This document shows, piece after piece, positions 39,472 to 54,234 of a stretch of 64,000 bases of DNA. The first letter of the stretch is position 1. Each line of letters opens with the position of its first letter. This DNA comes from Octopus vulgaris. Its lineage: Eukaryota. Below the pieces are notes generated by a model. That model saw nothing but the letters and a program-made list of their open reading frames with translations. It did no database searches and had not been told where the DNA came from. The position numbers and the translations under genes are program-made. The stretch covers positions 19,964,001 to 20,028,000 of the forward strand of contig OX597814.1 in the NCBI GenBank assembly GCA_951406725.2, in the 5' to 3' direction.

Positions 39472-39788
39472 TAGCATCCGTTTCTTCGGGGATGCTGATC
39501 TCCCTTTACAGGCTAGCAAGGACACCGTGATGGTGTCGGCTCTCCTGGTGACGTCTATAGTCGCCTGGGGCTAAATGCATCAGTAACACCCCCACCACCC
39601 CGCCCTGTCCCTAGCCACATTCAGATGGCTGGTCCCGCTTATATTACAGAGCAGTTACTGTTTATACCTCGCTTAGAGATTTATTATTGTTATCGAACAG
39701 ATTTTCGACGCCAGTGACTGTGTTTACAGTGAAAATCTATATATTTCTAGCCTGTAGAGGAAGTCTTTCAACGAAGAACGGTGTTTGC

Positions 39789-39830
39789 CATGCGCTGACG
39801 AGAGGCAATACCTCGAAACCGGTCCGTGTG
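39789..39830 (+). ncRNA. Type I hammerhead ribozyme
   Basis: Identical motif; cleavage after C39824. Confidence 0.92.
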
Positions 39831-40147
39831 TAGCATCCGTTTCTTCGGGGAGGCTGATCTCCCTTTACAGGCTAGCAAGGACACCGTGATGGTGTCGGCT
39901 CTCCTGGTGACGTCTATAGTCGCCTGGGGCTAAATGCATCAGTAACACCCCCACCACCCCGCCCTGTCCCTAGCCACATTCAGATGGCTGGTCCCGCTTA
40001 TATTACAGAGCAGTTACTGTTTATACCTCGCTTAGAGATTTATTATTGTTATCGAACAGATTTTCGACGCCAGTGACTGTGTTTACAGTGAAAATCTATA
40101 TATTTCTAGCCTGTAGAGGAAGTCCCTCAACGAAGAACGGTGTTTGC

Positions 40148-40189
40148 CATGCGCTGACGAGAGGCAATACCTCGAAACCGGTCCGTGTG
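40148..40189 (+). ncRNA. Type I hammerhead ribozyme
   Basis: Identical motif; cleavage after C40183. Confidence 0.92.
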
Positions 40190-40506
40190 TAGCATCCGTT
40201 TCTTCGGGGAGGCTGATCTCCCTTTACAGGCTAGCAAGGACACCGTGATGGTGTCGGCTCTCCTGGTGACGTCTATAGTCGCCTGGGGCTAAATGCATCA
40301 GTAACACCCCCACCACCCCGCCCTGTCCCTAGCCACATTCAGATGGCTGGTCCCGCTTATATTACAGAGCAGTTACTGTTTATACCTCGCTTAGAGATTT
40401 ATTATTGTTATCGAACAGATTTTCGACGCCAGTGACTGTGTTTACAGTGAAAATCTATATATTTCTAGCCTGTAGAGGAAGTCCCTCAACGAAGAACGGT
40501 GTTTGC

Positions 40507-40548
40507 CATGCGCTGACGAGAGGCAATACCTCGAAACCGGTCCGTGTG
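40507..40548 (+). ncRNA. Type I hammerhead ribozyme
   Basis: Identical motif; cleavage after C40542. Confidence 0.92.
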
Positions 40549-41449
40549 TAGCATCCGTTTCTTCGGGGAGGCTGATCTCCCTTTACAGGCTAGCAAGGAC
40601 ACCGTGATGGTGTCGGCTCTCCTGGTGACGTCTATAGTCGCCTGGGGCTAAATGCATCAGTAACACCCCCACCACCCCGCCCTGTCCCTAGCCACATTCA
40701 GATGGCTGGTCCCGCTTATATTACAGAGCAGTTACTGTTTATACCTCGCTTAGAGATTTATTAGTTATATATATATATACGTACGAACATACATATATAG
40801 GTATATATATATACATACATGCATACATATAGATACATATAAATACATTTATATGTATATATTTATACGTATTTACACATATGTTCATATATATATATAT
40901 GCACGCACACACACACACAAATACATGTGTGTATGTATGAGTGTGTGTGCGTGTTTGAGAGGGAGAAAGAAAAAGAGAGACAATGTGTGTGTACGCGCGT
41001 GCGTGTGTGCGTATGTGTATGAGCGTGTGTGTGTGTGTTTGTGTGTCTGTGTGTGTGTGTGTGTGTGTCCGTCCGTCCGTCCGTCTGTCCCCGGATTCAA
41101 AATGAGTTACGAATGTGTTGTTTTTTTTCCCCTGTCTTGGTGGTGTCAAAACAGATGATTCTTCCCTTGAGAAAGTAAAACTACAGGTTTATCTTTCACT
41201 TCATCTAAATCTCGGGTTCAAATTTCACACTCTTTGTCGATAGAAACTTTTGTAATCAAAACTTTCAACAGGAATTCTATCAACCGTTTCTCTATCCCCG
41301 CTTTTCTCTTTCTAAATTTATATGAGAAGAGTGAATGTGTGTGTGTGTGTGCGCGCGCGCGTGTGTGTGTGTGCATGTGTGCGCGCGCCCGTATATATGT
41401 GTGTGTGTCTATTCATCTGCACATGTATGTATACATTCATGTATATGTA

Positions 41450-41486
<37 letters not shown>

Positions 41487-41829
41487 CCTCTGCATGTACG
41501 TAAGAATAGATAGATAGATAGATAGATAGATAGAAAGATAGATCATGTATATACGTATGTTTGTGTGTGTGTGTGTGTGCGCGCGCATGCGTATGTATAT
41601 GTATGCGTGTGTGTGTGTCTATTCGTCTGCATATGTATGTATACATTCATGTACATGTATTTATATATATATACCTGTATGTACATGAGAATAGACAGTG
41701 CCCCAGCATAGCCGCAATCTAATGACTGAAACAAGTACAAGCTAAAAGATGTATGTATGCATGTATGTGTCTGTGCACGCACACGTTTCTCTCCCTTGTC
41801 TTGCTTCTGTAGATCCATGGTTACTTGTT

Positions 41830-42190
41830 AGTAATATATAATAATATATAATGAAATTATTGTTTCCAGTGCTCAGGTGTACCACAACGTGTTAAAAGTG
41901 AGTATAAAGCATATGCAGTAATGTACAAATGTCTGGAAAGTGAACAGTCTATGAGTCAGATACATGCTTACGTGTGTATGGAGGGGAGAAAATCAGGTGT
42001 AGTGTTGGCGAATCTCAAGAAGCATGGAAGTTTTGAAGGATGCAGTGCTCCGACAACTAACAACTGATGCCGGCAGTTTGTTCCATACTGCAACAACTCT
42101 TAGCGTGAAAAAATTTTTCCGAAAGTCATGGGAGCTGTGCTGTTTTCTAACGGGTGCTAGACAGGTGGAGTTTGAAAAGGTGCTCAGAGT
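41830..42190 (-). mobile_element. CR1/L2-type LINE 3' end (ORF2 C-terminus plus 3' UTR)
   Basis: FRKNFFTLRVVAVWNKLPASVVSCRSTASFK is typical of the CR1-group ORF2 C-terminal motif (FF..RVV..WN.LP..VV). Confidence 0.8.
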
Positions 42191-42359
42191 TAGCAAACAA
42201 TATGAGAAATATTTAATTTGCAAGCTACAATTACATACATGGACATTAACGAACCCTTTGCACATGATCTCCCATCCACTTGCATGCGTACATAGTCTAC
42301 ACGTGGTTCGTTGTTCAAATTTTAAATCGTTTTACATTAAGCGTAGAGTTTGTATATGC

Positions 42360-42772
42360 TCTCTCTTTACTCTTTTACTCTTTTACTTGTTTCAGTCATT
42401 TGACTGCGGCCATGCTGGAGCACCGCCTTTGGTCGAGCAAATCGACCCCGGGACTTATTCTTTGTAACCCCAGTACTTATTCTATCGGTCTCTTTTGCCG
42501 AACTGCTAAGTGACAGGGACGTAAACACACCAGCACCGGTTGTCGAGCAATGCTAGGGGGACAAACACACACACACACAAACACACATACACATATATAT
42601 ACATATATACGACAGGCTTCTTTTAGTTTCCGTCTACCAAATCCACCCACAAGGCATTGGTCGGCCCGGGGCTATAGCAGAAGACACTTGCCCAAGATGC
42701 CACGCAGTGGGACTGAACCCGGAACCATGTGGTTGGTTAGCAAGCTACTTACCACACAGCCACTCCTGCGCC
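42360..42772 (-). mobile_element. SINE family B, full length
   Basis: Reverse complement of 2109-2520. Confidence 0.9.
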
Positions 42773-43078
42773 ACACAGCTCTCCCGGCTCTTAAAGTAGT
42801 GCGATGTCTACCAATTGATTGTTGTTCAAATTTCAGCTCGCTAAGCGAATAGGCTCCCAGTCACTTTTGGGCGTGTGTTAAGAGTCTGCTTCGGGTTTGT
42901 TAATCAAATTTCATCGTGTTATGCGAGATTAATTTTCTTCAGAAAAACAATTTGCTAGTCACTTTATTCGTTTAGAGAACCGTTCGTTTTCCTTTTTTTA
43001 TATTCATTCACTGAAAGCAGTTTCAAAATTAAAATTGTAAATCACTTATACCTGACTTTATTGCTTTTATTTCGTTAA

Positions 43079-44022
43079 GGTTATACCTACAGACATTATA
43101 ACCAGCACTCATTTTTTGCTGCAAAGTGTCATATCGAGACGTCAGATGTAAACAAATGATATCGAAGACAAAAATGGGTAATGAATATATATGCTATGTA
43201 AACAGTGGCTATATAAGCAATGTGCTCGGAGGCGAGAGTGGATAAAATGGGTGCTGATGAAGAGACAAAGGAAAGACTTCCACCCACCATTTTCTCACAA
43301 ATTTGCTTTTTAATTTTTTTTTTTTTTTTTTGCCAAAAATCCTCGTTTTCGGATACGGAGGTTCCGGAAAATTGCCAAAAATCGGCATTGTAAAATTTTT
43401 CACCACCCCACCCGCAATTTCTTCAATTTTGTTTTTTTTTCCCAGCACTAACCCTAAAACCCTAATCCTAACCCTAAAACCCTAACCCTGACCCTAAACC
43501 CCTCACCCTAACCCTAAAACCCAAACCCTAACCATATAACCGTAAGTACAGAAATGTTTTGAAATTTTTGTCCGATTCATAATGTCCGTATTTTTCTGCA
43601 TATTTAGAAAAACAATTCTTTAAAAAAATGTTAACAAAAATTTTGGGAAATTTCTTTCAGAATCATAATCTCCGTATTTTTCCGCATATTTTGAATAATA
43701 ATAAAAAAAAATCTGAAAAAAGTGAAAAATGAAGGAGATAGGGGTGAGGGGTGGTAATTTAGAAATGTCGATTTTTGCCTTTTTTTTTTTTTTTTTTTTT
43801 GCAGATTTGTATTCCCCGTAACCGAAAAGAGGGGTTTGGTGTCGAAAAAAAAATTTTTTTTAAGTGCGGTTTTCTTGGTGGGGGCGGACGGAAGTGTTGC
43901 AGGGACAAAAACCACGTATTAACCATTTTGTCTTCGATCACATTGTTTGTTTACATCTGACGTTTCGATACGAAGCGTTGTAGCAAAAATCAGCGCTGGC
44001 TAAAATTTCTGTAGAAACAATC
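43079..44022. mobile_element. TIR element with TTAA flanks (Kolobok-like) containing a CCCTAA/CCCTAAAA tract at ~43448-43522
   Basis: Imperfect ~105-bp TIRs (GGTTATACCTACAGA..ACGTCAGATGTAAACAA..ATCGAAGACAAAA and reverse complement 43918-44022); TTAA at 43075-43078 and 44023-44026. Confidence 0.7.
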
Positions 44023-44029
44023 TTAAAAT

Positions 44030-44129
44030 AATGTAATAAGCACTATTAACGCAGTAAGACGTGGTGCTGACTTATAAAAATGTAATAAGCACTATTAACG
44101 CAGTAAGACGTGGTGCTGACTTATAAAAA
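44030..44129. repeat. Perfect 49-bp tandem duplication
   Basis: ATGTAATAAGCACTATTAACGCAGTAAGACGTGGTGCTGACTTATAAAA twice. Confidence 0.9.
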
Positions 44130-44148
44130 CGTTTAATATACTTTATAG

Positions 44149-45186
44149 CAGTGCTACTCAAAGTGGTGGTCCACGGAGCGGTGCCGGTACGCTACGTGTT
44201 TCCAGAAAAGAAAGAAATATTAGCATAATTTCAGTAATTTCGCCTTATGCACTGCAGTAAACAACTTACCGGCTTATGTAATATTGTAATATTTGTTTAC
44301 AAAATGAAGATAAGATTTTTTTAAATGGATCTTTACCTTTTGACCGACAGATTTAAAACATAATTTTTTGTAACTAAACACTTTCAAACTTCGTATACTG
44401 ATAGAATGTATCACATAAAACATCTTTTCCTTTCAGCGTTTTTGAGAAAAGCTTATAGTCAAGAAGTTATTTCACGTTAAAGTTGTCGTATTTCGTTAAT
44501 TTCAACCAATCAATGACGTGTATTCAGCTGAATAAAATCACTGCCGTTGTTTATCAACAACAACTTCCGGCGGTGTATATTTCGTTTGTCACTGTTATTT
44601 ATGACATCGTTCGTGCGTTTGCACTGGTTTTAGCTTTAAGGTTTTAGGGTTAGGGATAGGGTTTTAGGGTTATGGATAGGGTTTTAGGGTTAGGGTTGAG
44701 GTTTTAGGGTTATGGTGTTAGGGTTAGGATTTTAGAGTCAGGGTTTTAGGGTTAGGGTTTGAGGGTTAGAGTTGTCATAAATAACAGTGACAAACGAAAT
44801 ATACACCGCCAGAAGTTCTTGTTGACAAGCAACAGCAGTAATTTTATTCAGCTGAATACAGGTCATTGATTGGTTGAAATTACCGAAATACTACAACTTT
44901 AACGTGAAATAACTTCCTAAATATAAGCTTTTTCTCAAAAACGCTTAGAGTAAAATGTTTAATATGACACATTCTACCAGTGTCCGAAGTTTGAAAGTGT
45001 TTAGTTACAAAAAAATCATTTTTTAAAATCTGTCGGTAAAGATCCCAAAATATTGTCAACTTTTATTATATTCATTATAGATATTGTTTCTGGTATAAAT
45101 TAATATTACTAAGAAATAATACCGGTCCTTGGCACACTGAAAAAAGAACTGCCGGTACGCCACATCAGATAGTTTGAGAAGCACTG
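44149..45186. mobile_element. hAT/Charlie-like MITE hosting the foldback element
   Basis: TIRs CAGTGCTACTCAAAGT / AGTTTGAGAAGCACTG; 8-bp TSD CTTTATAG (44141-44148) / CTTTATAA (45187-45194). Confidence 0.85.
44327..45045. mobile_element. Complete foldback element: ~275-bp TIRs around a telomere-type repeat
   Basis: Arms 44327-44606 and 44773-45045 (GGATCTTTAC..GTAAAGATCC); degenerate TTAGGG/TTTTAGGG at 44641-44772. Confidence 0.92.
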
Positions 45187-45371
45187 CTTTATAATATGTT
45201 ATGGTTGCATAACATGACTTCTGGGTTCCAATTTCATCAAGGTCGACTTTGCCATTCATCCTTTCGGGGTCGTTAAAATCAGTATCAATTTAGTACCGAG
45301 GTCGCTGTAACTGGCTTACCCGCTCCCTCCTTTGAATTGCTGGCCTTGTGTCAAAATTTGAAACCAATATT

Positions 45372-45935
45372 CATTTCTGCTCTAGGCACAAGGCCCGAAA
45401 TTTTGGGAAAGGGGGCCAGACGATTAGATCGACTCCAGTACGCAACTGGTACTTAACTTATCGAGTCCGAAAAGATGAAAGGCAAAGTCGACCTCGGCAG
45501 AATTTGAACTCAGAACGTAACGACAGACGAAATACCTGTTTCTTTACTACCCACAGGGGGCTAAACACAGAGAGGACAAACAAGGACAGACAAAGGGATT
45601 AAGTCGATTATATCGACCCCAGTGCGTAACTGGTACTTAATTTATCGAACCCGAAAAGATGAAAGGCAAAGTCGACCTCGGCAGAATTTGAACTCAGAAG
45701 GTAACGACAGACGAAATACCTGTTTCTTTACTACCCACAGGGGGCTAAACACAGAGAGGACAAACAAGGACAGACAAAGGGATTAAGTCGATTATATCAA
45801 TCCCAGTGCGTAACTGGTACTTAATTTATCGAACCCGAAAGGATGAAAGGCAAAGTCGACCTCGGCGGAATTTGAACTCAGAACGTAACGGCAGACAAAA
45901 TACCGCAAAGGATTTCGTCTGGCGTGCTCGCCGCC
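45372..45935 (-). mobile_element. SINE family A multimer (three body units)
   Basis: Core repeated three times; TSD AATTTG(A/T)AACCAATATT at 45355-45371 and 45938-45954. Confidence 0.88.
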
Positions 45936-46358
45936 TTAATTTGTAACCAATATTAATTAATGGAGTCTAGTCCGTCCTACTGAGATGGCGTGGTGATTGA
46001 ATCAATAGCACATCGAACAAAATATTTGGCAGCATTTTTTTTTTTTTCTGGTTCTTAACGTTTTAAGTTCAAATTCCACCGAGGCCAACTTTGCATTCCA
46101 TCCCTCAGGAGTGAATAAAATAGAGTACAAGTAAAGTACTGAGATTGATGTAATCGACTACTTGTCCCCCTCACCTCAAAATTACTGACCTGAATCCTGC
46201 AACGGACCGGCGTCCATTTCAATGGGGAAGGTTATGATCTCGGCCACTTATACGTCATGGGGATCAGGTAAACGGCCTTATGAGTCTTAAGGCTCAAGAA
46301 ATTTTTTTTAAAGCTTATTCTACTAAGTTAAGTAACTGACCAGGTATATAGGAGATCA

Positions 46359-46930
46359 ATAAACTTAGATAAACTTAGATATGTTTCGACCAGAGATTGG
46401 TCCAGGCCATGTCTAACTTAATAGCACCACCTGATAGGATTATTCGAATCCTGTTTAAGTCAAGTTTTGTTCAAGTAGTGAGTTCTTGTTGGGTGAGTTG
46501 TATCCAGTTTTGTTCAAGTAGTGAGTTCTTGTTGGGTGAGTTGTATCCAATTATGGGTGGCTTATCTGGTATTCTTTGAAGGAATCTATCCAGACTCTGT
46601 TTAAAGTTGATGGGATCCTTTTCCTCTTTGATCTCCCTCGGGACAATGTTAAATAGAGCAGGGCCTGTTGAGGAAAAGAAATTATGTTGCAGTGTACATG
46701 TATGTTGTGATCTTGAATTTGGCAGGGGACGTATAGCCCGTGGTCCAACTCTTGGATGAACCTTGAAGCTAATGTTTAGGTCGTTTGGGCAAAGTCGGCG
46801 GTATATTTTCCACATCGTACAAATGATGTACCGCTCACGGCGACGCTGGAGGGAGTAAAGTTTCAAGGCTTTAAGGCGATCCCAATAATCGAGAGCAGCC
46901 ATGCCTTCAATTTGTTTAGTGAGAGCCCTG
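46359..46930 (-). mobile_element. CR1-group LINE 3' end (ORF2 C-terminus, 3' UTR, short tandem-repeat tail)
   Basis: RALTKQIEGMAALDYWDRLKALKLYSLQRRRERYIIC..FFSSTGPALFNIVPREIK..FKQSLDRFLQRIPD; tail ATAAACTTAG x2 on plus. Confidence 0.88.
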
Positions 46931-47320
46931 CAAAATAACATTGAAAAATGAAAAATGTACAGCGAAGAAAGCAAAACTACAGGTTTCATATAAGCATTCA
47001 AATGAAAAACATTGACAAAAACAAAGAGAAAATTAACCCATTAACTACCAAATGTTTTTATTCATATTTTTTTGGCTTTGCCAGGTGTCTTAGGAGTTTA
47101 AATTTTCTTCTCATATGAATTATTTTGAAAATTATGATAAATGGAGATCGCTGAAAATAAGCATATTTATCCTTTTCTATTCAATTGCAATAATAAACAT
47201 TTTAGTTTTTTTTTTTTTTGTTTTTTTTTCTTTTGAAACTATAGTATCAAATGCGAATGTGTATGAAATATCAAGGAATGATATAGACGGGAAATGCAAA
47301 AAAAAAAAAGTTTTCGAAAC

Positions 47321-47741
47321 AGGCGCAGGAGTGGCTGTTTGGTAAGTAGCTTGCTAACCAACCACATGGTTCCGGGTTCAGTCCCACTGCGTGGCATCTT
47401 GGGCAAGTGTCTTCTGCTATAGCCCCGGGCCTACCAATGCCTTGTGAGTGGATTTGGTAGACGGAAACTGAAAGAAGCCTGTCGTATATATGTATATATA
47501 TATAAGTGTGTGTGAATATGTTTGTGTGTCTGTGTTTGTTCCCCTAGCATTGCTTGACAACCGATGCTGGTGTGTTTACGTCCCCGTTACTTAGCGGTTC
47601 GGCAAAAAAAGAGACCGATAGAATAAGTACTGGGCTTTCAAAGAATAAGTCCCGGGGTCGATTTGCTCGACTAAAGGCGGTGCTCCAGCATGGCCGCAGT
47701 CAAATGACTGAAACAAGTAAAAGAGTAAAGAGTAAAGAGAG
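47321..47741 (+). mobile_element. SINE family B, full length
   Basis: Near-identical to 2109-2520. Confidence 0.9.
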
Positions 47742-48139
47742 TCAGTATTTTGTAGTTCAAAAATTGTTATTTATGACAAAATGTCCTCAAAAATTATCCA
47801 GAGCAAATAATGACAAACTTTAACTACTAAATATTGTTAAATACACTTCTGCAAGTTCAATGCACATAAGTAATTCACTCTAAATACAACGAACAACCGG
47901 CAGTGAAACTGCTTTTAGCAGATCTCCTAAATGGGCACATGGCAGGCAATGGTTTAACTTACTTCGCCATGCCTATGATCGAGAGTTCCAGTCAAGTGAA
48001 GAATAAATTAACAAAAGACATCGGCAAAGGGGCAAAGGGGTTGTTTCCGAGTCTTATTGCTGTTGCTCAGCACCAGATCACTCAACAGCCCCACTCAACT
48101 TTAGCTAAAAGGTACTCCACTCGTGTCTATCTTGTTATG

Positions 48140-48560
48140 TGTTCGAGTCCCTACGGTGTGTTGTGTCCTTGAGCAAAACACTTTTATTTCACTTTACTCA
48201 AGTCCACTCAGTTGACAAAAATGAGTTGTACCTATAATCCAAAGGACCAGCCTTGTCTTGTGTGAAGGTGCCTGGCTTAGCGGTTAGGCTATTCGCCTTA
48301 CGAACGTAAGATCGTAAGTTCGACACCTAGAGGCGTACTGTGTCCTTGGGTAAGACACTTTACTTCATGTTTCTCCAGTCCACTCGGCTGGCAAAAAAAA
48401 AAGGTATTTCCAGGGGCCAAACTTGTTACACTGAATCACCCAGAGAACTGCGTTAAGGGTACCCGTCTCTGTAGAGTGCTCAACTACTCGCACATTAATT
48501 TCACGTGCAGACGGTTCCGTTAATTGGATCATTTGTCGTCGTAACCGGCAGAGTGCCGGT
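48140..48560 (+). mobile_element. Two adjacent diverged CORE-like SINEs
   Basis: TGTGTCCTTGAGCAAAACACTT and TGTGTCCTTGGGTAAGACACTT cores; tail X similarity. Confidence 0.7.
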
Positions 48561-49415
48561 TATCTTACCTTGCATATCCAGCTCCATATTATCTACGCTT
48601 CAGACTTGAAAGGAATATGCCTGCTATTTCATACAGACAGAGTAGATACAAACTCCTTTTTCTGTCAAAGAAACCACTAAGCAAAGTATAAAAACATTCT
48701 TATTTTTGTATTTTCCGTCGTCGGCAAATATAGGGTGGGGGTGTTTCTTTTAGTAAACCGTTCGAAAATTAAGTACGCAGCCAAACTTTATACAACATGC
48801 TGGGTGAACTATGTAATATAGAACCAGTTACACAAAACAAAATACAATAGAAGTGTATTGACACATATTCGTACATAGATATATTACAGCTCAGTTTCTT
48901 CTAGATTACTATAACAGTCATATATAATGCAAAATACATGCAAAATTTGCTGTATTTTATCAAGATTTTGGTTACTACTGTACAATCAAGAATGTGAATG
49001 TCTTCTGATCGTTTGTAACGGTATAGTTGTGTAAAGAAATAGTGCAAAGCTAGCATAGACCTCCAAGCACTCAATTATGACGCCCTCTGATCTTTTTACA
49101 TAAGCGTGGAGTATAAAATATTGGATAACCAACCGAAGAATCAGTACTACATATCCTTGTGACTGGCGCCCTATTGAGTCAATATTCTCTAACCAGATTT
49201 TATATATGTATGTGTGTGTGTGTACGTACGTATATATATTCATATATACTCATACAAACACACACACATATGCATGTGTGTGTGTGTGTGTGTGTGTGCA
49301 CGCTGTATGTGGGTATGTACGTGTGTTTAGCTCCTAAAGGCTCTGAAGCGGTACATCCTCAAGAACAACGCATTTGGTTTTCGAAATCTGTGTCCCAAAG
49401 ACAATGTCGTTCGTA

Positions 49416-49463
<48 letters not shown>

Positions 49464-49494
49464 AAAGTTTACGAAAAAAAACAAAAGACGAAGA

Positions 49495-52232
<2,738 letters not shown>

Positions 52233-52822
52233 AAGTAAAGTAAAACATTAGAAGACGAAGTTTTAAAGAAAATGAAATTCATGCGTGGTTATTAATACGC
52301 ATACAGAGAAAGAGATAGTCAAAAAGTTTGGTAAATATATATCGATAGTTTGTTGGTGATAGAGAGCGTAAGATTTGTCGATCTAAAAGTTTAGTTATTT
52401 TTGTAACAAATCTCTTATATAAAATCCGTTCAGTCTGTCTGTGTGTGTGGTTTCTAGGATCTCGGGCATCCTCCACCCGATTGCGCTCAAATTTGATATG
52501 TAGATACCGACGGTATCAGGGCGTGTATAAGTCTTGAAAAAATTACAAAAATCGATTCCAGGTGAGAATGCGATCGATAAAGCCGTGGGAAATCGTTTTT
52601 CTTTGGAATAGAAAAGAATTCTATTTTTAATTCTACTTTTGCTGGTGTCTCAAATTTAGGTTAAATCAGTGCTTCTCAAAGGGGAGGCCTATGGGACGGT
52701 CGGACAAGTTGTTTTGAGAAAATTTGGTTTAAATGTTTGACAACTCAGCACCGTCCAATGGACGGGGGGCGTTTTGCTCAGCCACTACACACATTTTTTC
52801 TCTCCTTGTTTTTTCTGTGTCC

Positions 52823-52858
52823 CTTTCTGTAGAAGAGCGTAGGCTCGAAACGTAAAAG
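52823..52858 (+). ncRNA. Minimal hammerhead-like variant in a Penelope-like terminal fragment (minus copies 49552-49587 and 57858-57893)
   Basis: CTTT-CTGTAGAA-GAGC-GTAG-GCTC-GAAAC-GTA-AAAG: stems I and II pair, the core deviates from CUGANGA, and stem III is minimal (ACGT). Confidence 0.45.
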
Positions 52859-53156
52859 ATTTTTTCTATTCCTGACCGTTATACAAATACATCTGTGTGT
52901 TTTGTACACCACCTGTCTTCATCTTCGCTGAAAATTTTCGAAAAATATTTGATTAAAATTATCGGTGAAAATTTGAAAAAAACCATATAACGAACATGCT
53001 CCATATGCTTGAAGTCTATAAATGTCGACATCATTTTCGGTGAAAATTTTCTGAAAATTCCTGGGTAAAAGTTTTCAAAAGTTTCCAAAAATTTATGAGT
53101 TAAATTTTCAGTGAAAATTTTCGGAAAATTTTTTAGCTAAAATTGTACGTTGAAAA

Positions 53157-53441
53157 TGCCAAAATCAAAAAGTATGGAAGGCCAGGGATGCCAAAATCAA
53201 AAAGTATGGAAGGCCAGCGGTGCCAAAATCACAATGTATGGAAGGACGGCGGTGCCAAAGTCACAACGTATGGAAGGCCAGTGGTGCCAAAATCACAATG
53301 TATGGAAGGCTAGTGGTGCGAAAATCACAAAGTATGGAAGGCCAGCGGTGCCAAAATCACAAGTATGGAAAGCCAGTGGTTCTAAAAAAAATCAAAAAGT
53401 ATGGAAGGCCAGCGGTGCCAAAATCACAAAGTATGGAAAGC
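53157..53441 (+). repeat. 32-bp minisatellite TGCCAAAATCACAAAGTATGGAAGGCCAGCGG
   Basis: Units start at 53157, 53189, 53221 and onward. Confidence 0.92.
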
Positions 53442-53894
53442 CATTTTGGGGTAAAATTTTCAGTGAAAATTTTCAACAAATTATTGGGTAAAATTTTCGT
53501 TGAAAATTTTTGAAAACCCAAATAACGAATTTGCTCCATATGCTGAAGTCTATAAACGTCGACATCGTCATAGTTGTTAAGTGTAAAGCAGTATCTGGTG
53601 TATCATGGATGGTGAGGCATGTTGACAGTAGTAGTAAACCAGAATTCACTCAATATATACACAGAAAGCAGCCACATAAAACTTTTTGTTAAAATTGTCG
53701 GTGAAAATTTTCGAGAAATTATGGGGTAAAATTTTCAGTGAAATTTTTTGAGTATGGATACATGTACGTATGTATAAGCATGTATGTCAATTGAGATAAA
53801 TAGACAGACAGACAGTAAAAATCATATAATTTCGTAGACGTAGAAATGCTGTATGATTAGAGGGCAATTGGAACATACCAAATAGTTGGATATT

Positions 53895-54234
53895 GGGGAG
53901 ACCTCCTTCGGTCATGAATGACCATGGGATTGCACCTAGAAAGTTACCCTCCGGGGTACAAATCCGGGCAAGGTTGCTTATGGAAGGTCAGCAGTTGCCC
54001 ATGCATGCCAGCCTCTCCTCTCCAAGTCACCGATGGTATCCGAGGGAAAGACAACGTCTGATGCAGTTTGGCACCAGTAATGTCGCAACTCATTTCAACA
54101 GCTGAATAAACAGGAGTAATGTTAAATAAAGTGTCTTGCTCAAGAACACAACACCTAGCCCGGTCCATTATTCGAACTCACAACCTCACGATCGTAAGCT
54201 CAACGCTCTCACCACTGAACCATGCGCCTTCACA
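53895..54234 (-). mobile_element. CORE-like SINE (duplicate at 61080-61419)
   Basis: Minus-strand head GAAGGCGCATGGTTCAGTGG, B box and TGTGTTCTTGAGCAAGACACTT core. Confidence 0.8.

Larger units (their letters stand above)
38097..40763. repeat. 359-bp hammerhead-containing tandem repeat (retrozyme-like): ~1.8 units on minus (38097-38741) head-to-head with ~5.6 units on plus (38745-40763)
   Basis: GUC sites end at 38753, 39112, 39465, 39824, 40183 and 40542 (spacing 359, one 353). Units are nearly identical, lack an ORF and are flanked by TA-rich microsatellite. Confidence 0.95.
52233..53750 (-). repeat. Inverted copy of block P plus the satellite block (pairs with ~56640-58480)
   Basis: 52233-52925 is the reverse complement of 49490-50175 and 57800-58480; 52980-53480 of 57370-57797; 53510-53672 of 56665-56832. 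Confidence 0.9.

Noticed and set aside
46471-47001. 176-aa ORF as a host gene, with an acceptor-like TTTTGCAG at the LINE boundary
   Set aside because: The protein is a CR1-group ORF2 C-terminus, the N-terminal part is flanking DNA, and exonisation cannot be supported from sequence alone.
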